A DNA stretch of 63,947 nucleotides, the filler included, from Perkinsus chesapeaki ATCC PRA-425 (Eukaryota; Protista; Perkinsozoa), in assembly GCA_013115145.1 (NCBI GenBank). It is 17 parts of 17 records of this genome, joined end to end, with 100 filler letters (N's around TTAATTAATTAA, not from the genome) between each part and the next. Parts side by side here need not be neighbours in the genome. Positions count along the whole stretch, not along the records: positions 1 to 17,334 come from JAAPAO010000684.1; 16 more parts are not named here. One strand, given 5' to 3'. Positions 1 through 10,768 of the stretch are shown here, one piece after another; position 1 is the first letter of the stretch, and every line of letters begins with the position of its first letter. The position numbers were made by a program, and so were the translations under genes. The notes under the pieces were generated by a model. That model made no database searches. It saw only the letters and a list, made by a program, of their open reading frames with translations, and was not told the DNA's origin.

Positions 1-288
1 AAAGGAATATCAACCTTTTCAAACTGTGGAGCCCATGAAAGCGGCTGCCCCGAGAGCTGGGGATATGGCCCCTGTTGGGGCACCGCTATTCTCAACTGCT
101 GTGTTGGGATACCATGTTTCTGAGATATGCTTGTTCGTGTTGAAGTGGGCTACAAGCACCCAGCTTAATGAGGAAGCAGCTCAGTGGGAGTTGAGGCTGG
201 ATGACATCGTTGCTCGACCAGTATTCTTTTTATTTGCGACGCGATTTCGACATCACCGTCATCGTTAACTCAGCCGCAGCCGTCTCTA

Positions 289-3200
289 GTGGAAAGCCCG
301 GCATCCAGCGTACCCACTCCTCCCCCAATAGGACCCTCACCGCTTGCTGGGCCCATATCCACTCCTCTCCTGCATAGCTTAGGTATCCTGGGAGCTCGGT
401 CGGTATGGTTCCTCCTTCTTGCCCATTCCTTGTTATTGGTCGGAGGAGCTTCACCGGCAACTGGTGCCCTTATTGGAGTTGCTGTAGTGTATATAACCTT
501 TCAAGGCCGCTTCGCTACAGGGAATCGAGAAGACGCGAAGAAATTCGTATTTATCGCTGCCGCCCTCTTTGGTGCCGCGTTCATACTCTTCGTGCTCTTC
601 TTGCTCCATGACGTTGCCGGTTTGGTTATTCACTTACCTGCCTGGGTCATCACTCCTTTCACAGGCGGCGTTATGTGGGCTACCAGGGTGGTTGGTATAA
701 TTCTCCCCGTGGTCACGGCTTTCGTTGGTCCCAGGATGCTTCGTCGATCATTTGCTTACCCAACGTGCATGACCGAAGAATGGCTGCTGGTAAATCTTAT
801 GCGCCTTTTTGTCTACATCGGCCTGATGGTACAAGTAGCCACCTTCAGCGTAGACACCTCGGCCACAGGGGAATTCATACTGTGTATGATTGTTTACCCC
901 ATACTGGTCTGTGCGATGTCCCTGCAGGTTTCGCACCAGGCAGATCTGATAGCGTATGATTCAAGGGTCGCTATATTAACTCACCTACTGCTTAGGATGC
1001 CTTACGGTGATTCCTTTGACCTTATCTGGATCACGCTCATCTACGCTCTCCTCACGCCTACTGTTGATTCACCTATGACATCAACAATGGTAGGGTACGA
1101 TGCCGCCCTACTGGTACATCAAAGGGGCGAATCTTTGATGGGAAAAGCTGTGAAGGCTATACAGTGGACAATGGATATCACGACCAGGCTCCTCCGCCTC
1201 CCATTAATCGCCCTTTGCATTGTTACTTTTGCTACACCAGTATCCTTCATCATGCTCATGGCGATTCTACTGGCGCCACCGGCCCGTGATATGGCCTACT
1301 ATATTTTGTTGGCTCTGTATCTACTGGCAGTATCTCCCCTCCCTAAGCTCTACCCTATGATCCTTGTCTCAACTATCCCGGGAGTGCCCCTCACCGTCCT
1401 CTCTCCTCTATCTGCAGTGTCGGCACTTGTTTGTACCAGCAGGAGGCTCTTGGACAGAAGTGGCGCTCCTCAACCGTCCTTTCGGTTCTTGCCCATGTCA
1501 TTCGGATCACCTATAAGACTGGCACTCCAGTTTCTTCTATGGTGGCTGATTCTAAGGGCAGTCTCGGGGTCTTCCCATCTCGATCGCCTTTGCCAGTCGG
1601 TCTTCTTCGTCTGCACTCTGGTATGGCAGCTCGCTGGAATTCGCTACGGCAAGACATTCGCTTTTGCGTTTGTTCTTTGCACATCGTCAGTCCTCGGTGC
1701 TGTTTCGTCGTTCGCAGCGATCTCAAATAGAGGGCCTATTGCAGATTACCAGGCTGCCATTTGGCTTCGATGCGTGCCAGTCCTAATAGCCGCCTCAGTG
1801 CTATGGGCGTTGGACCGGGTAACACGCGTGTCGCAAGGCGAACAAGAATCGAGAGCCGGTAGCATGTTTGCCTCTGGACTTGCCGCTGTTTTGATGGCTT
1901 GCCTTTATACAGCGCTGCCTCTCCTCCCATCGGCCTCTCTCCGTGTGGTGACCATAACACTTACTGCCGGTTGTGCGGGCCTGGTTACACTGCTCTCGTT
2001 GGTCATGCGTTTGCGCACTGCTATGGCGTGGGGCACAAGTCTGGCTATAGTATTTGCTGTTGGCAATTACATTGTTGGTGTCGTGCAAGGGGATAGCACT
2101 CGCGTAACAGCTCAGCTATGTTGGCAGATGTGGTTCCTCACAGCAAGCCAGAGCGTGGCCTTTACTCCGGCAATCCCGTCACCACCTTCCTTATCCAAGG
2201 GAATGTTGAAGTTAGTGGCTGCTGCAGCACCGGCAGCAACCTTCTACTTTTGTGCTGTTCGAGGGCTCGACTACTCTCGGGGATCTCCTGTCGGGATTAT
2301 CGTCCTCACTACCCTCGCTGTTCTGGCGGTGTCCGTGCCGAGGCTTTTAGAAAAGCCAGGTAGAGTGGCTATCGTCTTCGCCATCGTGCACCTATATGCC
2401 ATGATAGTTCTCGTGGCATATGATGGTATCCGAAATGCTCCGTTTGCTGAGGTCATAACGCATTACTACCCACTTGGCGTTTGTGTTTTGGTGGCTGCGT
2501 TATCACCGAGCGACGAAGTGTTTATCGGGAATGCTGTCACACTTGATACTACTGAGGACAACTTCTCTGACCTCTACAGGCTCCTTCTTCTTGTCATAGC
2601 TATAGTGAGGCCTTCTGTGTGGTCGGTGGCCGCTTATCTCCCCTTGGCGTTCATTCGGCAAAACAGTCACACCGTTCGCAAGTTGGTGATTGCTGTGCTC
2701 TGCGCTTCGGTTTTGGAACTGTGCCTGCCTCCGATGATTCTTACCGCTGTGCACCGGCCATTTCCTTCTACACCGATATATGAGTGGCTGGGACTCAGCT
2801 GGATGAACGCCCCTGTGGCCATCATGACCAACTATGCAGGCTTGGCTCTTACTTCGGTGCTGTTCTACGAGCAGTCTACCCCACTACAGACCTTCACCAA
2901 GTTGGCTGTCTCTTTGGTTGGTCTGGTGCTGGTCGCGCTTATCTTTGACAATCGAAGGTCTATAGGAGTCTACGTGGTACTTATGGTGCTGCTGGCTTTG
3001 ATAATGCTCGTAGAGATACCTCAGACTGGGAAGGCTCCCATTAGTAGGCAATGTCTGCTGGGCGTCTGTGCACTATACTATATTTTCTGTGTGTTTGCGC
3101 AGACTCCTTTAGACCTTGTGTCTCATCAGTGTGGCTTCTGGCGTTATTTATGGGATATTCTCCCTCTCTTCTCGTTCGGCGAGGCACCGGCGTTTGCTCT

Positions 3201-6200
3201 ATTTGAGCTATGCGCTCCAATGCTCTATCTCTTAACAAGGCCTCTCAAGAATAGCAGCCCAGAGAACTTTTTGGCTGCTGATAACTCTGCTATAGCTGAG
3301 GGGTGGGTGCAACGAGTACTCTTGAGGCGCTGCCAGTCTGATGAACGCAAACATAAGGCGAACCTTGATACCCTTTTGAGGCGTCTAAATAGGATTGTCA
3401 CCGTTGCAGGGACCATGGAGACTGCCGAAGGCCATGAGGTTGATGAAACGAAGAGTCGTCGGACGCCTGAAAGAAGCTACACTCAGGATGCAGATCAAAT
3501 CTCGGGTCTGGCGGCTAAGTTCACTGGCGGCCAAGGTGTCATCGATGACGACCAGGTTGAAGAGATTGCTCTGTACCTTGGAGTGTCAGTGGACCAGGTG
3601 AAGAATGATCTGAAGGAGGTCAGCGATGCTCTTCCTGATGACACTCCTCCGGAGTTCGTTGTCAGCACGGTGATGAAGCGTCTTGTTGTGGCGGGTACCT
3701 CGGAAGACGAGATTCAAGAGAAGAGAAAAGAGATCCTGGACAAGGCCATGGAGGAGCTTGCCGAGAAAGGAAGACAGACGCCTGCACAACCTAGCGGCCG
3801 AGTCACCCCTAGCAGCAGGGAAAGTGAGCCTTCGCACAGTGGTAGGCGCTCGATAGCGGCAGCCGAGAATGTTACCGGCGCTGTCGCACAGACGACAGAT
3901 GCTGTTATTGATGGTGTCACTATGGTGCTTGGTGGACAGAGTGTCAACATCCCTGGATCAAGCCAAGACGCTCAGGGAGGTCAGCACCACAAAAGGTTCA
4001 ACCTTGTCACCTCATTGCTTGACAGCTTCTGTTATAATACCATCGATCCAGCTTTGAAGGCACATCCTGTATCGAAGAAGTGGCCCTCCACGGTATTATT
4101 CCTTCTTTCCCATACAGGAATCTGGTGTAGCATTGCCCTGCTCTCCCAAATGGTGGCCTACCATGCATCTATACTCTCCGTTATCCCATTCGCCATAATG
4201 GTGTGCTGGCTCATCCCATCGGGGTACCCATTCCTCTCTCCTACGCCATGGATGGTGGTTGGTTTCTGCAGTGTGGGGAGCTTGCTATTGAAGCTAATGA
4301 TGCAGATGCCACATGTCTGTGATACTAATGGCTACCTACCCTCTATCGTCAAGAGCCCATGGCAGTGTCCACCTACCTATGGTATCACTACACCGTTGTC
4401 TAGGCTAGGCTTGTCCAAGGTATCTAGATATGAGGATGCTGATCTGCTATGTTATGTTGGCTGGGATATTGGAATATGCTTGCTGGTGGTCTCGCATCTC
4501 ATCCACAAGCGGCTTTCCGGTCGGGGCACCGATCTGACTCCAACCCAGGCAAGAAGGATGCTACGAAGGCCCGGCGGGGATGAAAGCCATCCTGAGAGCA
4601 GTGAACAAGAATCCGAGAATTCCAGGCCCGGCAGGACACCCTTAAGAAGGCCATCCTTGGATCTGTTCATTCCCAGATTTGCCTTTAGTCTTGTGGTGGT
4701 ATTCTTGATTATTTTTGATTGGTCTGCCATATCTTCTAGCTCCAGCAGTCAAAGTCAGACGGGCTTTGCGGAGAGTGTTAAGAACAACAGATTCTCTACA
4801 GTGCAGGTGTTGGCCATTGTGGGCCTCATTGTGAGGATACTTATGGACCGTTACATCTACTCACGGCTATCTACTTCTGTCGATGGCGATAGTGCCGGTC
4901 GCCACGTATTGACAGAGAAACTTCTACTTTGGTTGCAGACTATTCTTATGTTAGCGGGGTGTGCTTATATCAGGTCTGTACCCTTGAGGGTTGTGATACC
5001 GTTCACATGCTATCTGGTACTTACCGGTATCCAGCTACACTTCGCCATAAGAGTGTCTCATCCAGGTTTGGTCTGGCTTGGATCAATTCCTCCAACGAGG
5101 GATCCCAATGATCCAACCAAGCCTATTCCACCCAGCAATGGCGCTTGGGTCTCCTACTACACCTATCGTGTTTATCGGGTTATCCCCTTCCTCGATGAGC
5201 TCAGAATCATCTGTGATTTCGCTAGCTCGAGAGGTACTGCTTTATCCCTTTTTATGTGGTTTAAGCTTGAGGATGCCTGGCAGAACCTTTACCTAGTACA
5301 CTACGACATTGCTGGCCGTGCAGCCATTGAAAGGCAGACCAGCCCTAAGTATCGGTTTTTCCTGGGTGGTGGACTCCTCGCCTTTTTGGTGTTCGTCATC
5401 ACTGGTCCTCTCACTTTTTTCTCTGGTCTTAATCTGCTACGAGAATCCAACATGGTAACCAGTGCGTCGATGGCTATCTCTCTTCAAGTTGGGGAATATT
5501 CCATCCCTATATGGAGCACCGAGCATGTCAATCTCCGTGTCCCGAAGGCGACCGAGTACTCCCAGATGCCCGAGGAGCTCGTGTCTTATACTGCCATGCA
5601 TAGTGCTGACCTTCAGAATGCTATCTTACCGATGGCCGCCGATGAACTATGGCAGCCGAGTCCTCCACTACGTCGACAAATTAAGAACTTTATTGAGACC
5701 AACCAAACCCCCAGTGGCGAGCTGAACGCAACTTTCTGTCTCACATGGGATTTTGGCCACTCCCAGCCTGGCAGTGTAAAATCCTCAGGTCGCCACTGCA
5801 TCCATTCTGTCCAGCGAGCACAAGATCTACTTGATGCGATGTCGCTGAATAATGGCACTCAGCTGCACATCGATGGACTTGTCCCGAGAGCATTGTATCT
5901 GAACGGTCCCTGGGCGAACCCTCCTGGGACATTCAGGCAGTTCAGTAACGTGTCTCTCAAAGTTGAGGTGGAGGACGCAGAGGTCTGGTGGGCTATGGCC
6001 GACAGTACAACTGTAGCGCTGGTTAGTGAGCGAGCAGTTCCACCAAGCGCAGGCGGAGGCGCATCAGCATCCTCTAGTCTCAGCGTCATTGGCTTGTACT
6101 TGGGTGTGGTGCTCACTATTGGACGCTTCTTCAGGCTGGTTATACAGGATAGCAGCAAACGTATTATGTTTGAAGAGCTACCTTCTGTCACTTATCTACT

Positions 6201-6474
6201 TCAGCTCTGCCAGGGTGTCCAGATTGCTCGTATGCGGCATTCTGTCGAAGCAGAGCGAGCCCTCTATTACGAAGTTGTCACACTGTATCGTTCCCCTGCC
6301 AAACTGATGTCTGTTACAGGCAGCACCAGCCAGATGCCAGATGTTCTATTGAGCAAACAAAGCTCTGGTCACACAGCTGTGAGGCAGCGGGTGCGGTTAC
6401 AAGGAACTAGAGAAGAGGAGTCAACTGAGGGCAACCCAAGTGGTAGCGGCAGTGGTGCTGCGGCTAACGTATGA
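289..6474 (+). CDS. PIEZO: Piezo-type mechanosensitive ion channel (single 2061-codon ORF; true start uncertain, ORF opens on GTG)
   Basis: Many TM segments; C-terminal Piezo signatures YRVYRVIPFLDELRIICDF..LSLFMWFKLEDAWQNL, KYRFFLGGGLL..VITGPLTFFS, SVIGLYLGVVLTIGRFFR..IMFEELP..LYRSPAKLMSVT. Confidence 0.93.
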   Translation: MESPASSVPTPPPIGPSPLAGPISTPLLHSLGILGARSVWFLLLAHSLLLVGGASPATGALIGVAVVYITFQGRFATGNREDAKKFVFIAAALFGAAFILFVLFLLHDVAGLVIHLPAWVITPFTGGVMWATRVVGIILPVVTAFVGPRMLRRSFAYPTCMTEEWLLVNLMRLFVYIGLMVQVATFSVDTSATGEFILCMIVYPILVCAMSLQVSHQADLIAYDSRVAILTHLLLRMPYGDSFDLIWITLIYALLTPTVDSPMTSTMVGYDAALLVHQRGESLMGKAVKAIQWTMDITTRLLRLPLIALCIVTFATPVSFIMLMAILLAPPARDMAYYILLALYLLAVSPLPKLYPMILVSTIPGVPLTVLSPLSAVSALVCTSRRLLDRSGAPQPSFRFLPMSFGSPIRLALQFLLWWLILRAVSGSSHLDRLCQSVFFVCTLVWQLAGIRYGKTFAFAFVLCTSSVLGAVSSFAAISNRGPIADYQAAIWLRCVPVLIAASVLWALDRVTRVSQGEQESRAGSMFASGLAAVLMACLYTALPLLPSASLRVVTITLTAGCAGLVTLLSLVMRLRTAMAWGTSLAIVFAVGNYIVGVVQGDSTRVTAQLCWQMWFLTASQSVAFTPAIPSPPSLSKGMLKLVAAAAPAATFYFCAVRGLDYSRGSPVGIIVLTTLAVLAVSVPRLLEKPGRVAIVFAIVHLYAMIVLVAYDGIRNAPFAEVITHYYPLGVCVLVAALSPSDEVFIGNAVTLDTTEDNFSDLYRLLLLVIAIVRPSVWSVAAYLPLAFIRQNSHTVRKLVIAVLCASVLELCLPPMILTAVHRPFPSTPIYEWLGLSWMNAPVAIMTNYAGLALTSVLFYEQSTPLQTFTKLAVSLVGLVLVALIFDNRRSIGVYVVLMVLLALIMLVEIPQTGKAPISRQCLLGVCALYYIFCVFAQTPLDLVSHQCGFWRYLWDILPLFSFGEAPAFALFELCAPMLYLLTRPLKNSSPENFLAADNSAIAEGWVQRVLLRRCQSDERKHKANLDTLLRRLNRIVTVAGTMETAEGHEVDETKSRRTPERSYTQDADQISGLAAKFTGGQGVIDDDQVEEIALYLGVSVDQVKNDLKEVSDALPDDTPPEFVVSTVMKRLVVAGTSEDEIQEKRKEILDKAMEELAEKGRQTPAQPSGRVTPSSRESEPSHSGRRSIAAAENVTGAVAQTTDAVIDGVTMVLGGQSVNIPGSSQDAQGGQHHKRFNLVTSLLDSFCYNTIDPALKAHPVSKKWPSTVLFLLSHTGIWCSIALLSQMVAYHASILSVIPFAIMVCWLIPSGYPFLSPTPWMVVGFCSVGSLLLKLMMQMPHVCDTNGYLPSIVKSPWQCPPTYGITTPLSRLGLSKVSRYEDADLLCYVGWDIGICLLVVSHLIHKRLSGRGTDLTPTQARRMLRRPGGDESHPESSEQESENSRPGRTPLRRPSLDLFIPRFAFSLVVVFLIIFDWSAISSSSSSQSQTGFAESVKNNRFSTVQVLAIVGLIVRILMDRYIYSRLSTSVDGDSAGRHVLTEKLLLWLQTILMLAGCAYIRSVPLRVVIPFTCYLVLTGIQLHFAIRVSHPGLVWLGSIPPTRDPNDPTKPIPPSNGAWVSYYTYRVYRVIPFLDELRIICDFASSRGTALSLFMWFKLEDAWQNLYLVHYDIAGRAAIERQTSPKYRFFLGGGLLAFLVFVITGPLTFFSGLNLLRESNMVTSASMAISLQVGEYSIPIWSTEHVNLRVPKATEYSQMPEELVSYTAMHSADLQNAILPMAADELWQPSPPLRRQIKNFIETNQTPSGELNATFCLTWDFGHSQPGSVKSSGRHCIHSVQRAQDLLDAMSLNNGTQLHIDGLVPRALYLNGPWANPPGTFRQFSNVSLKVEVEDAEVWWAMADSTTVALVSERAVPPSAGGGASASSSLSVIGLYLGVVLTIGRFFRLVIQDSSKRIMFEELPSVTYLLQLCQGVQIARMRHSVEAERALYYEVVTLYRSPAKLMSVTGSTSQMPDVLLSKQSSGHTAVRQRVRLQGTREEESTEGNPSGSGSGAAANV

Positions 6475-6772
6475 GCTGCTGGTTTTTGTGAATGCGTGGG
6501 GCGATATCGATATCAGTTGGCTAAGACGACGGGTCTCGGTTTCTTACCCCTATAAGAGATGGTTGCCATGCATTCGACAATAACAAGATTAGATATCATT
6601 ACGTTTAAATCTACTTGTTGTTGAGCACAGTTGGGGGCCCAGGTGGAACGTGTGGTAGTGTCGCTGACAACATTCTGACATCTTACTTAAGCGTAATTGC
6701 AGTGGGTGCATGTATCATGCCTTCGACGATGGCAGCGCACAATGCAAGGACTATTCCCTGAAGATATTGGCA

Positions 6773-7948
6773 ATGAACGTGCCAGCAAATGCGCCGTCTG
6801 TCAAGTGGGTACCGGTGGTTAGTTCCTTCTTGCTAGCTTCATGGTATTTAGAGTCGGTTCAGTCTCGCTCCGCCGGATAGGCCTCTGTGGGAGAGACTCT
6901 GGGCGTTAACAAAAGACTCCGTATTGACCATAGTTACGATAACCTTTGCGATATTCCTTGATCGGTCGCTGGTCATTGTAGCAACAGTTGCTGCTATGCT
7001 CGTCTTAGCCTACAGGTAGAGATCGCATGTTCGCTCAACTCATAATTCTTCAGGTGTCCACTTATTTGTGCCGCCATGGTTATCGCTATTTGTGCGTCTC
7101 TCCATTCGTTTGGCATTAGGCCAGTTATCACGCATTATGACGAAGTGGGATTTCGAGTCGCGCTTATTCGGCATGGTCCTCTGGTCGACAACTTTCATAA
7201 TAGAGCGCTGCTCATTGCAAATGACAACTTCAGTGAGTTATCCGTGATATACTCACCTCGCATTTCACCACTTGCTCGTTAAGCGGGCCTGGTTCGATCT
7301 TCTTTCGGAGCGTGATGCTCGTCATAGAGCACGATCACCTTGGCTCCTTGGCGTTGATCCTCAATAAGCCTGTAGCAAGATCCTCATTGAGGATTCCTCA
7401 ATCACCGTCTCTCACGAAGAGGAGGAGAAGGGATCATTCTGAAGGATATGGAGTTCCTTACAGTTCAAGGAGGGCCAGTTCGGATAAACGAGCAGCGAAG
7501 AGTGCGGCGCGTTGAAGATCGTCTCTTTTCGATCCGCCTGGCGAGATATCCAGTGTTACCGAGGCCGCTGTCGGGCAGTTGCCGAATGCTACGCACGAAG
7601 TTAATCACGATGAGGATGAAGATGCTCGAGCCATTATATTTGATGGTTGCGCTCGATGGTCACCGGGTCAACTTCATGGGGAGCTCAGGGCTGGCTCTTG
7701 GAGGTGGCTCAACTCACCGTGGCCGGAAGAGGTATGTAGTTGACTTGCCAGATGGTTTGCAATATTAACGTGGCAGTCGATATCCGAAACAGTCGATGTT
7801 TATCTAATCATTTGCTTCACTTCAGATTCTGTTGAGCGCTTTTAAGCAGCATGGGACAGCTGTTGACAACGGCGAGGCCATGCACAGGAATATAATGAAT
7901 AACTACGGAGGGCAGCTTTTGGAGTTTGACGCTGATAGTATATTGTGA
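6773..7948 (+). CDS. Spliced YqgE/AlgH-like (UPF0301/DUF179) protein with hydrophobic N-terminal part; exon limits approximate
   Basis: Motif pieces in order, separated by putative short introns: ALLIANDNF (~7207), SVMLVIEHDHLGSLALILNKP (~7309), VQGGPV (~7462), DARAIIFDGCARWSPGQLHGELRAGSWRW (~7621; cf. GYAGW..GQL..E...W); last exon ends at TGA 7946-7948. Confidence 0.7.
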
Positions 7949-9129
7949 TCGATCGTAGAAGCGTTACAGATTGTACCATAACCCTCTATGTTGTTGGGGT
8001 GACACGGTTGCTATCAACTGACTCTGTTAATCTCGACTCTTTTTGGGTAACTTCAAGTCTCACTGATATCCGCATCTGTTTTTAAGGAGGAAAATGCCAC
8101 ATTGCTATAAACTCAACTTTTATTGGTAACCAAAAATGCGTACTGTTGATCTAAACTATTTTTCGTCATTCTCACGCGCTGCACTTTTTGCTTTTTACGC
8201 CGATAAATCAGATAAACTCAAATTCCCTTAATGATATTGGCTGCTAGTAATACTAATCTAGTATAAAGTTGGGCAATTTCGAATAATTTTGTCATGCATA
8301 ACTAAGTGGCAAGATTTCGAAGTACTGCTTAGTAAACAATGCTTACCCACTAGTCAACAAACAATGATCATATAGTCATAGAAACAAATATCCATGCAGT
8401 TTGTTTTGAGATATTGTATCAAACAGGAGTCATGTTGAAATTTCAAATTTAAGAATTGATTATGACCAAAAACTTTCATCTCGCTTCCTGAGGAAGCCTT
8501 CCTCAGTTAAGTAAAATTAAGTGTAAGCAGAAGGGTCGGCAAAAGCAATTATTGGATTTTCATCGCTACTCTGTGACTCGCTGCTGGGTTGGAGCGGCGC
8601 CCTGCTGGACACTGAGGCAACCTCGTCATCGGGATCACGCGGCTGAACTATGAGGTCGCTATCAGCAAGCGATGATTCGCTGTGATAGGAGTCGTCCCCG
8701 GAGTTTCCCCCGCTGCTTTCGGGGTCCGTGGGGCGGATAATTTCGGCCAATATTCCTTCATTGCTCATGCTTGAATCGCTTCGCGTTCTTGCCGACGAAC
8801 TCGAGCGTGTCATAGTTGGCGGGGCGATTACTGTGTCGTAAGATCCAGAGATGCTTGAACAGTTCAAGTTGAACTTCTTCGAGTAGTTTGTTAGACCTCT
8901 TCTTCGTGGTGGGGGCCACCGTGGGGCACTGAGAAAATAAATATTGTGAATAGCACTAGAGTTACACACTTGTAGTTACACTACAAGTGTTGAAGGTGTG
9001 GTTCTATCCTACTTCTCGCTGCCGCAGAAACACCGCTCATGTGACGTTCTAGTGGGCCTTTTTTCTTGTTCGGACTTCCTCTTTGTACTCAACAAAGACA
9101 ATTCACGTGAAGCATACTGAGCTGCTGCA

Positions 9130-10330
9130 GGCGCTCAATATTCTACGTGATTGCGGCCTAGCAGAGCAGGGGACTAATATTTATGGTATTGATGAGCACA
9201 GATGCGGCTTGTCTTTCTTCAAGACTCCTTGCCGACAGGGCCTTGACCGAATTAGCTCGCGATCCTGTTGAAATGCAGTGGCTAAGGTCTATATGCGTAT
9301 TTGTCATTGAAGAGATCGGTATAGTAGGTGCCGAGATGCTTAATATAATACACAAAATTTTGCAGTTTTTGCACAGCTCGCCTCTGCCATTTGGCCATAC
9401 TATTGCTGGGGATTGGAGACCCTAATCAGCTTCCTCCTATCAAGCAGACATTGCTCTGGACAAGTCCATCGATAATCACTACTTTATAAGTTGAAAAAAC
9501 TTATTCGGTCTTCTACCGACTTGGACCTTCAAGAGGTCCTAAGGACCTGGTCCTTACCTTGTTTCAGAAACTTCAACCAACTGAGGCTGATATCTCGCGT
9601 ATTCGACACCTAGTTAGGCAGTATTGCCATTTTTCCCGTAACTGGGATAATGTGCCGCCGGAAGCTCTACAGATTTTCGGACGCCGAGAAACAGAGCAAG
9701 AAGTAGTAGATCGGCAATTACAAAGAGTAAGAGAGGATGGCACGATACAGAAGATCGTCGTTCCATCGCTTGATCAGTATACCTTGGATGGGGGAAATCT
9801 TTGGGTTGAGCTCGCCCAAAAACGCATCATTAACTCGATGAATCGCAAACTGCAGGCGCCTCAGCCAATCTCTCTGTACATGGGCGCAATAATGCGCTTC
9901 ACTTGTAATGACTACTCCGCCAGGCGGGCTTTTCATCAAAGCCAGCTCTGCGTGGTGCGGACATTGCCGGTCAATGGAGGTAGCGTGTAGGTAGCACCGC
10001 CTGGAATATTCTTTCTACTGAGCAGCAATTCGTTGCTGAGCGATGGCAGGAATTGACAATTTTTAAAATGTTTAGTATAACGCAGCGATTGGACGGGAGT
10101 GTGAAAGTCAGAAGTTTGCAATACCCGATAAGGAACTGCATTGCCGCTAGTAGCGGCCCGCTACTATACACAAGGTGAGGGCCCATCACTGATGGGTGAC
10201 ACTTTGGGAATGGTAGCGACCCAAATATCAGACAAAAAATCTACTTACAAATTATAGTTGAAGTCCCAATTGTATGTTATTATACCGAGGGTTAAGTTTC
10301 TTCAGGATATATATTTCGTTGGTGATATAC
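9130..10330 (+). pseudogene. Decayed PIF1-family helicase (possibly Helitron-derived)
   Basis: Frameshifted motifs: VFVIEEIGIVGAEML (Walker B-like), PLPFGH..GDPNQLPPIK (frameshift near 9410), LPLVAA/ATIHK/EGPSL (~10140-10190, several frames), SQLYVIIPRVKFLQDIYF (cf. GQLYVALSRV); Walker A not recognisable. Confidence 0.7.
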
Positions 10331-10768
10331 AGGGGACTATGCGGGCCATGCCTTCTTCGGCAGAGTTCCCAAAGGGAAGGATATGTACGGCATGTGGTTG
10401 GTATTTTAACGACCGCGAGAGCAGCCGCCGCCCCGCCAGTCGTAAATTACAATACTCGTTATACTTGCTATATTCCAGATGTCAATGATTTTTGGGAGGT
10501 TAAACGGACGTGCAATACCTATTGCTGCAGTGGAGTCCACTGAGTGGACCAAATGAGGAGGTACTTTAGTGGGTGAATGACACTTAGTGCTACTTGTTTA
10601 CAATGTTGTTCTTTGTCAGTTTTTTAAATTTCCATAAACAACGTTGCGAAGCAATATGCGACCGGCGTTGCGGACCCAGACTCACTGTGCGGACTGCTTC
10701 AAGGTCTGTGTAATAGGTAATATGCTGCGACACGTCTTGCACAAGCTACAGGAATATGCAACTTAGGG

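Noticed and set aside
405-6307. Many short ORFs overlapping the Piezo ORF (likewise those overlapping myosin, PUS3 and TE ORFs)
   Set aside because: Antisense or alternate-frame shadows with no motifs.
8517-8969. 150-aa Ser-rich minus-strand ORF as a gene
   Set aside because: Low complexity, non-ATG start, within a decayed TE region; cannot be supported.
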